This document shows, piece by piece, positions 45,833 to 51,811 of a stretch of 51,811 nucleotides of DNA (within the stretch, counting starts at the first letter, position 1; each line of letters opens with the position of its first letter). The notes under the pieces are model-generated. The model searched no databases and had not been told where the DNA came from. It saw nothing but the letters and a program-made list of their open reading frames with translations. Source of the DNA: Bacteroidia bacterium (lineage in GTDB: Bacteria > Bacteroidota > Bacteroidia > 2-12-FULL-35-15); assembly GCA_035439365.1 (NCBI GenBank), contig DAORKB010000002.1, positions 1-51,811 on the forward strand. Direction: 5' to 3'. The position numbers were made by a program, and so were the translations under genes.

Positions 45833-46951
45833 CTATAACATTCCTTTCGTTGAAGGCAATGTCATATTATTAATATCTCTCTTGGCAGCTATTTTTATTG
45901 CTTTTGCAAAGGCTTTAAAAATTGCTTCAATTTTATGATGTTCATTTTCTCCGTCTGCCTTTATATTTAAATTGGATTTGGATGCATCGCTGAAAGATTT
46001 AAAGAAATGAAAAAACATTTCGGTTGGCATCTCTCCGATTTTTTCTCTTTTAAATGCAGCATCCCAAACAATCCAGTTTCTTCCGCCAAAATCAATAGCT
46101 ACCTGCGCCAAACAATCATCCATTGGCAAACAAAATCCGTAACGTTCAATTCCTCGTTTATCGCCAAGTGCCTTCATAAAAGCTTCTCCTAACGCAATGC
46201 CGACGTCTTCAATGGTATGATGTTCATCAATATGCAAATCTCCTTTTGCTTGCACATTTAAATCAATGTTTCCATGTTTTGCAATCTGGTCCAGCATGTG
46301 ATCGAAAAAGGCCAAACCGGTTGAAACGCTGGCTTTACCTGTTCCATCCAGGTTCAATTCAATTACAATATCTGTTTCTTTTGTTTTTCGAACATGTTTC
46401 ACATGACGGTCAGGCGCCTTTAAAAATTTATATATTTCTTCCCAATCGTTAGCAACAAGCGTAATATGTTCTTCCCAACCATCTGGTTTATCAAAATTTT
46501 TAATCAATATGCCTTTGCATCCTAAATTTTTAGCCAGTTTAATATCTGTTAAACGATCACCTATGACAAGGGAATTCGCCAAATCATATTGCCCGTTTCC
46601 TCCGTTTAAATACTTAGTGAGCAATCCTGTATTGGGTTTACGGGTTGGTTTATTATCTGCTTCAAAAGAGCGATCAATACAAACTTCTGAAAATTTAATT
46701 CCTTCACGTTCCAATATTTCCATCATCAGGTTATGCACCGGCCAAAATGTATTTTCCGGATAACTGGGGGTTCCAAGCCCATCCTGATTGGTAACCATTA
46801 CCAATTCGTAATCAAACTCACGCACAATTTTTCCGAGCCAGGTGATAACACCGGGTAAAAATTTAAACTTATCAAAACTGTCAATTTGAAATGTAACAGG
46901 TGGTTCCCAAATAAGAGTTCCATCGCGATCGATAAATAATACTTTTTTCAT
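45833..46951 (-). CDS. hisB: Bifunctional histidinol-phosphatase / imidazoleglycerol-phosphate dehydratase
   Basis: HAD motif [10 protein letters not shown] at the N-terminus. IGPD motifs ([22 protein letters not shown]) in the C-terminal half. Confidence 0.95.
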   Translation of the reverse strand: MKKVLFIDRDGTLIWEPPVTFQIDSFDKFKFLPGVITWLGKIVREFDYELVMVTNQDGLGTPSYPENTFWPVHNLMMEILEREGIKFSEVCIDRSFEADNKPTRKPNTGLLTKYLNGGNGQYDLANSLVIGDRLTDIKLAKNLGCKGILIKNFDKPDGWEEHITLVANDWEEIYKFLKAPDRHVKHVRKTKETDIVIELNLDGTGKASVSTGLAFFDHMLDQIAKHGNIDLNVQAKGDLHIDEHHTIEDVGIALGEAFMKALGDKRGIERYGFCLPMDDCLAQVAIDFGGRNWIVWDAAFKREKIGEMPTEMFFHFFKSFSDASKSNLNIKADGENEHHKIEAIFKAFAKAIKIAAKRDINNMTLPSTKGML

Positions 46952-46986
46952 GCTAAAATTTAGAACGTGTTGATTAACTATTTTCT

Positions 46987-48051
46987 TTATTTATATAATT
47001 TTAATTTCTCAAGCAACTGCTTGTTCTCTTCTTTTGTACCAACTGTTATCCGTAAGGTACCCTCACACAACGTTACACTACTGCGATCACGTATAATAAT
47101 TTTATTATCGGTGAGGTAATTGTAAATACGTTTTGGATCTGTTGTTTTTACTAAAATGAAATTAGCTTCACTGGGGTAAATCTTTACAACAAATGGTAAT
47201 GAAGACAAAGCATCTGCAAGCCTTTCACGCTCCTGTACAATCTCTTTAATCCAGTTGTTGACTAACTCAACATTGTTCAGGGCCTCTAACGCTAATTTTT
47301 GAGAAGCTGCATTAATATTATAAGGAGGTTTAATTTTATTGAACACATCAATTATGGCTTGTGATGCAAATGCCATTCCCACACGCAAACCAGCCATTCC
47401 CCAGGCTTTAGAAAGCGTCTGAATAATAACAAGATTTGGATACTCCAATAATTTTGGAATCAAACTTTGATAGGTTGCAAAATTAATATAGGCTTCATCC
47501 ACCAATACGATCCCATTAAATTGCTCCAGAATTGTTTTGATAGCATCCCACTTTACACCATTACCGGTAGGGTTATTCGGACAACAAATAAATATCAGTT
47601 TGGTATTTGCATTTATTGTTTTCAAAATTTTTTCCGTATCCAGTTGAAATGTTTCGGGCGTTAATGGAACTTTTACTGTTGTAACGTCATTGATATTAGC
47701 CGATACCTCATACATTCCATAGGTAGGCGGACAAATAATAGCATTGTCTTTACCCGGATTGCAAAATGCTCTGAATAAAATATCAATGGCTTCATCACTT
47801 CCATTTCCTAAAAAAATATTTTCTACCGGCAGCCCTTTTATTTTACTCAGCTTTTCTTTAACAGCCAATTGTAGAGGATCCGGGTAACGATTATAATTTG
47901 CAGCTTTATCATTTGGCAACGGAGCTCCAAATGAATTTTCATTGGCATCCAGAAAAACACCATCTTTTCCTTTGTACTCATCACGTGCTGATGAATAAGG
48001 AACTAATTTTTTTATATTCTCTCTAAGTATATTGTTTAAGTCGAAACTCAT
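46987..48051 (-). CDS. hisC: Histidinol-phosphate aminotransferase
   Basis: Class II aminotransferase, PLP-Lys region [15 protein letters not shown], 354 aa, operon context. Confidence 0.95.
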   Translation of the reverse strand: MSFDLNNILRENIKKLVPYSSARDEYKGKDGVFLDANENSFGAPLPNDKAANYNRYPDPLQLAVKEKLSKIKGLPVENIFLGNGSDEAIDILFRAFCNPGKDNAIICPPTYGMYEVSANINDVTTVKVPLTPETFQLDTEKILKTINANTKLIFICCPNNPTGNGVKWDAIKTILEQFNGIVLVDEAYINFATYQSLIPKLLEYPNLVIIQTLSKAWGMAGLRVGMAFASQAIIDVFNKIKPPYNINAASQKLALEALNNVELVNNWIKEIVQERERLADALSSLPFVVKIYPSEANFILVKTTDPKRIYNYLTDNKIIIRDRSSVTLCEGTLRITVGTKEENKQLLEKLKLYK

Positions 48052-48131
48052 GATTGCTTATTTTTTAAAATTGTAAATTCAATTAAATAATTTTTCGATT
48101 GGCTATTTAAATAGCTTGATTAATAATTTAA

Positions 48132-49415
48132 TTATCCCCGATGTCGTAATCTTACGGTTACAGCATTTTTATGTGCCTGCAATCCTTCTGCTTCTGCCAT
48201 CAATTCAATTGCACTACCTATTGCTTGTATTCCTTCTTTGGTTAATTGCTGATAGGTTATTTTCTTTACAAAACTATCCAGTGATACGCCGCTATATGCT
48301 TTTGCATATCCATTTGTGGGCAATGTGTGATTTGTTCCCGAAGCATAATCTCCTGCACTCTCGCAGGAATAATTGCCAAGAAAAACAGAACCAGCATTGA
48401 TCACTTTCTCGCCCAGCTCTTCACTGTTTTTGCAAACAATGATCAAATGCTCCGGTGCATAAACATTCAAAAGTGCCATACCTTCTTCTTTATTCTTCAC
48501 TAAAAATGCCTTGCTGTTTTCAAGAGCTTTTGCTGCTGTTTGTTTTCGGGGTAATAATTCCAATTGTAACTTCAACGCATTGTTCACCTCTTCAATTACT
48601 TTTTCAGAGTCTGAAACCAAAATTACTTGCGAATCCTCACCGTGTTCTGCTTGCGACAATAAATCGGCAGCTACAAATTCTGGCACACAGGTTTCATCTG
48701 CAAAGACAGCAACCTCCGACGGGCCCGCCGGCATATCTATGGCCACACCTTCTTTATTAATCAATTGTTTGGCACAGGTTACATACTGATTACCTGGTCC
48801 AAATATTTTAGACACTTTCGGTACAGTTGCAGTTCCATAAGCCATGGCACCTATTGCTTGAACACCGCCAATTTTAAAAATTTTAGTGATGCCAACCAAT
48901 GCTGCTGTATATAAAATGGCCGGGTGTAATTTTCCATCTTTTGCCGGTGGTGATGTAAGAATGATCTCTTTGCAGCCGGCAATAGTAGCAGGTACTCCCA
49001 ACATCAGAATGGTAGAAAACAAAGGTGCCGTTCCACCAGGAATATACAACCCTACTTTTTCAATCCCTACAGATTTTCTCCAGCATTTCACACCAGCGCG
49101 TGTTTCAATTATTACAGGTTGTTCCTTTTGAGCGCTGTGAAATTTCTCAATATTTGATTTCGCCAATGCAATTGCCGCTTTCAAATCATCAGAAACAGCA
49201 GCTTCTGCTTCGGCTATTTCTGCTGCACTCACTAGCATACTTGATAATTCTGCCTTATCAAATTGCAATGTATATTTTTTTATTGCAGCATCACCATTTT
49301 GCTTCACATCAGCTAATACAGACGCAACTGTATTTTCCAAAGATGCTGTATTAATGGCAGGACGTTTTAATAATTCCTCCCATTCAGCTGCTGATGCATA
49401 ATTAATTCGTTTCAT
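48132..49415 (-). CDS. hisD: Histidinol dehydrogenase
   Basis: 427 aa, HisD motifs (GPGNQYV, SQAEHGEDS), operon context. Confidence 0.95.
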   Translation of the reverse strand: MKRINYASAAEWEELLKRPAINTASLENTVASVLADVKQNGDAAIKKYTLQFDKAELSSMLVSAAEIAEAEAAVSDDLKAAIALAKSNIEKFHSAQKEQPVIIETRAGVKCWRKSVGIEKVGLYIPGGTAPLFSTILMLGVPATIAGCKEIILTSPPAKDGKLHPAILYTAALVGITKIFKIGGVQAIGAMAYGTATVPKVSKIFGPGNQYVTCAKQLINKEGVAIDMPAGPSEVAVFADETCVPEFVAADLLSQAEHGEDSQVILVSDSEKVIEEVNNALKLQLELLPRKQTAAKALENSKAFLVKNKEEGMALLNVYAPEHLIIVCKNSEELGEKVINAGSVFLGNYSCESAGDYASGTNHTLPTNGYAKAYSGVSLDSFVKKITYQQLTKEGIQAIGSAIELMAEAEGLQAHKNAVTVRLRHRG

Positions 49416-49425
49416 ATTGCAATTT

Positions 49426-50286
49426 TTACAAAATCATTTTTTCAATTGGTACCACCAAAATACCTTGGGCACCATTTGATTTTAATTTTTCAATAATGTC
49501 CCAAAACTGATCTTCTTCAACTACCGAGTGTACAGAGCTCCACCCTTTTTCAACAAGTGGGAGAATCGTTGGGCTTTTCATCCCTGGCAATGATTTACAA
49601 ATAGCATCTAATTTATCGTTTGGAGCATTCAATAAAATGTATTTGCTGTGTTTTGCTTTTCTAACAGCGTTGATACGAAACAACAACTTGTCTAAAATTT
49701 CCTGTTGCCATTTTTCAAGTTTTTTGTTTGCTACCAATACCGCCTCAGATTTCAGGATCACCTCTACTTCTTTCAATCCATTTGTAAACAAGGTACTACC
49801 CGAACTTACCAAATCACAAATAGCATCTGCTAAACCAATACCTGGCGCAATTTCAACAGATCCGCTTATCTCATGAATCTCTGCAGAAATTTTATTCTTC
49901 TTTAAATATTTTGAAAGGATAGTTGCATACGATGTTGCGATGCGTTTACCATTTAAATCTTCAATGGATTTATATTTTTGATCTTTAGGAATTGCAATAG
50001 ACAAACGGCATTTTCCAAAACCAAGTTTGTCAACTATTCTCAGTTCCTTGTTTTTTTCAAGTACAACATTCTCACCCACAATTCCGATATCCGCAACACC
50101 ATCTTCAACATACTGAGGAATATCATCATCCCTTAAAAAAAATACTTCCAACGGAAAATTAAATGCTTCTGCTTTTAATTTGTTTAATCCGTTGTCGAAT
50201 TCTATTCCGGCTTCCTTCAAAATTTTGATCGAATTTTCATTCAATCGTCCGGACTTCTGAATTGCAATTCTTAATCTCTTTTCCAT
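49426..50286 (-). CDS. hisG: ATP phosphoribosyltransferase, long form
   Basis: LRIAIQKSGRLNENS N-terminus. 286 aa with a C-terminal regulatory domain. First gene of the operon. Confidence 0.95.
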   Translation of the reverse strand: MEKRLRIAIQKSGRLNENSIKILKEAGIEFDNGLNKLKAEAFNFPLEVFFLRDDDIPQYVEDGVADIGIVGENVVLEKNKELRIVDKLGFGKCRLSIAIPKDQKYKSIEDLNGKRIATSYATILSKYLKKNKISAEIHEISGSVEIAPGIGLADAICDLVSSGSTLFTNGLKEVEVILKSEAVLVANKKLEKWQQEILDKLLFRINAVRKAKHSKYILLNAPNDKLDAICKSLPGMKSPTILPLVEKGWSSVHSVVEEDQFWDIIEKLKSNGAQGILVVPIEKMIL

Positions 50287-50330
50287 TTTTTTTGTTTTAA
50301 CTTATCGTTCTGTATTCTTTCAATTCTGAT

Positions 50331-50368
50331 AAAAGAAAAAGGGTCCTGCATGTTGCGGAACCCTTTTA
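50331..50368 (-). terminator. Intrinsic terminator (attenuator) in the his leader, upstream of hisG
   Basis: Minus strand: AAAAGGGUUCC-gcaacaugca-GGACCCUUUU followed by UUUUUCUUUU. It lies about 25 nt after the leader-peptide stop and 44 nt before the hisG ATG. Confidence 0.75.
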
Positions 50369-50393
50369 TATATTGCGTGAAATTATATCTTGT

Positions 50394-50468
50394 TTAGTTT
50401 GCACAATACAGCATCCGCATCTCTGTTAGAGAAGTATGATGATGATGTAAATGTGAATTGTTTTTCAT
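50394..50468 (-). CDS. his operon leader peptide (hisL-like), 24 codons, His-rich
   Basis: ATG AAA AAC AAT TCA CAT TTA CAT CAT CAT CAT ACT ... TAA = MKNNSHLHHHHTSLTEMRMLYCAN*. It has five His codons within six positions, and sits between a promoter-like box and a terminator directly upstream of hisG. Confidence 0.75.
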   Translation of the reverse strand: MKNNSHLHHHHTSLTEMRMLYCAN

Positions 50469-50477
50469 TTTCGGAAG

Positions 50478-50485
50478 CAAATGTA
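50478..50485 (-). promoter_or_regulatory. Bacteroidota-type -7 promoter box (TAnnTTTG) for the his leader/operon
   Basis: Minus strand TACATTTG, 9 nt upstream of the leader ATG. Confidence 0.45.
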
Positions 50486-50542
50486 TGGAATAATCTGAAA
50501 TCTGCATTAAAATTTCATTGTTTTTTTTAAAAATTAGGTTTC

Positions 50543-51811
50543 CTACGACTCTAATTTAGCCTGTAAAGCCTCCCAATTCTGCATTTCAGCCTCCAATTGT
50601 TTTTTCATTTTTTCATACTCGGAGAAAGCTGCTTTATCATTCATGACGGTCTGGTATTGATCCGGATCAGCTAATTTCTTATCAAATGAAGCGATTTCAT
50701 TTTCCAGGCGCTCAATTTCCTTTTCGGATTTTGCGATCTGGGATTTAAGCTGTTTTATTTCCTTTTCACGCTCATCATTACGGGTATCCACCTTCGGTTT
50801 TTCTACTTTTACTTCCTCTTTTGGTTTTAAAAATGGGCTCTTGGAATTCATTTCTGATAAACGATCCATTTTTAATTTTTCCATGAATTCGGCAATACCT
50901 CCCAGATGCTCTCTTACTTTCCCGTTTTTAAACTCGTACATTTTTTCAGTGAGGTCCGTTAAAAAATCACGATCGTGGGAAACAATAATTACGGTTCCTT
51001 CATATGCCAGCACGGCACGCTTCAATACTTCTTTACTGCGTATATCCAAGTGATTGGTAGGCTCATCGAGAATTAATAGATTATAGGGTTGAAGCAACAA
51101 CTTGCACAGTGCTAATCGTCCTCTCTCCCCTCCACTTAATACCCTTACTTTTTTATCAATATCATTTCCTCCAAATAAAAATGAACCCAATAATGTTCTT
51201 ACTTGTTTGCGTATATCCCCAACAGCAAGCTCATCAATGGTTTCAAACACGGTTTTATTCGGATCCAACTTCTCTGCCTGATCCTGGGCGAAATACCCCA
51301 TCATTACATTATGTCCCAATTGCACGGTTCCTTCAAAATCAATCTGCTGTGCAATCATTTTCATCATTGTACTCTTTCCTTCACCGTTTCTTCCTACAAG
51401 TGCAATCTTATCGCCTTTGGTAAGAATAAAATTCGCATCCTTGAAAATACGCTTTTCACCATAGGTTTTACCTGCATTTTCAACTGTCAACACAATTTTT
51501 CCGCAATGTGCGGGCGGTGGAAAACGAAAAGCCATCGTAGTGGTATCACTTTCATCCACCTCCACAATTTCCATGCGGTCCAGCTTTTTGATCAACGACT
51601 GAGCAAAAGCTGCCTTACTTGCTTTTGCACGGTATTTATCAATCAACGCTTCTGTTTGATCAATAATTTTTTGTTGATTCTTCGCTGCAGATTCCTGTTG
51701 CTCTTTTCTTTCCTGGCGCAACACAAGGTATTTGGAGTAATTTGTTTTGTAATCGTAAATTTTCTGATTGGAAATTTCGATGGTACGGGATGTTACATTG
51801 TCCAGAAACTG
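50543..51811 (-). CDS. ABC-F family ATPase (two ABC domains, C-terminal coiled coil); N-terminus lies beyond the window
   Basis: Walker A GRNGEGKST. Signature LSGGERGRLALCKLL. Walker B LLILDEPTNHLD. The linker QERKEQQE and a Lys/Glu-rich C-terminal tail are typical of ABC-F. The frame stays open to the window end (FLDNVTSRTIEIS...). Confidence 0.9.
   Translation of the reverse strand, partial: QFLDNVTSRTIEISNQKIYDYKTNYSKYLVLRQERKEQQESAAKNQQKIIDQTEALIDKYRAKASKAAFAQSLIKKLDRMEIVEVDESDTTTMAFRFPPPAHCGKIVLTVENAGKTYGEKRIFKDANFILTKGDKIALVGRNGEGKSTMMKMIAQQIDFEGTVQLGHNVMMGYFAQDQAEKLDPNKTVFETIDELAVGDIRKQVRTLLGSFLFGGNDIDKKVRVLSGGERGRLALCKLLLQPYNLLILDEPTNHLDIRSKEVLKRAVLAYEGTVIIVSHDRDFLTDLTEKMYEFKNGKVREHLGGIAEFMEKLKMDRLSEMNSKSPFLKPKEEVKVEKPKVDTRNDEREKEIKQLKSQIAKSEKEIERLENEIASFDKKLADPDQYQTVMNDKAAFSEYEKMKKQLEAEMQNWEALQAKLES

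Noticed and set aside
48102-48115. Perfect 14-bp palindrome GCTATTTAAATAGC in the hisD-hisC intergenic gap
   Set aside because: It is short and AT-rich, lies inside an operon, has no adjacent U-tract or second copy, and is compatible with chance.
1-51811. CRISPR arrays, tRNA/rRNA genes, transposases, integrases and phage genes
   Set aside because: - Reading both strands, I saw no regularly spaced direct repeats, no tRNA-like T-arm or acceptor patterns, and no recombinase-like ORFs.
- The palindromic repeats are dispersed and not arrayed. A tRNAscan/Infernal run would be needed to exclude small RNAs formally.

Overview
AT-rich chromosomal window of Bacteroidota type. The evidence for this is several proteins with T9SS C-terminal sorting domains, TAnnTTTG-like -7 promoter boxes, little Shine-Dalgarno signal, and lipoprotein or SusE-style signal peptides. 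I recognised no rRNA, tRNA, CRISPR array, transposase or integrase.

Layout, left to right:
- 0.1-9.5 kb: a cluster of T9SS cargo genes (an Ig-repeat adhesin, a 913-aa beta-helix-like protein, an S8 subtilisin and a truncated cargo remnant), interspersed with palindromic intergenic repeats.
- 9.5-16.8 kb: hypothetical envelope proteins, a YfbK-like vWA lipoprotein, a DUF2459-like protein, a polytopic membrane protein and two tandem paralogous beta-barrel OMPs.
- 17-26.8 kb: an alpha-2-macroglobulin (intact CIEQ thioester) overlapping pbpC, followed on the same strand by three small or hydrolase genes.
- 26.9-30 kb: convergent aspA and mqo.
- 30-33.6 kb: a repeat protein, an M64 peptidase, a lipoprotein and a TMEM175-type channel.
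- 33.7-36.4 kb: a stand-alone cyanophycin synthetase.
- 36.8-42.9 kb: a four-gene multi-REC phosphorelay (LytTR regulator, soluble HK, REC-PAS-PAS-HK-REC-HPt hybrid, tail-anchored REC). It is convergent with a SiaB/SiaC-like kinase/phosphoprotein pair.
- 43-50.3 kb: a complete hisGDCBHAF(IE) operon on the minus strand.
- 50.5 kb to the end: a 5'-truncated ABC-F ATPase gene.

Most notable non-annotated signals:
- A His-rich leader peptide plus intrinsic terminator (a classical attenuator) upstream of hisG.
- The phosphorelay plus orphan SiaB/SiaC module sitting divergent to cphA.
- Two families of palindromic repeats, including a REP-like core nested in the loop of a terminator hairpin.
- A small orphan gene bracketed by two copies of the same hairpin, next to a truncated T9SS gene.
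- A TTGTAAA-N4-TTTACAA operator-like array.
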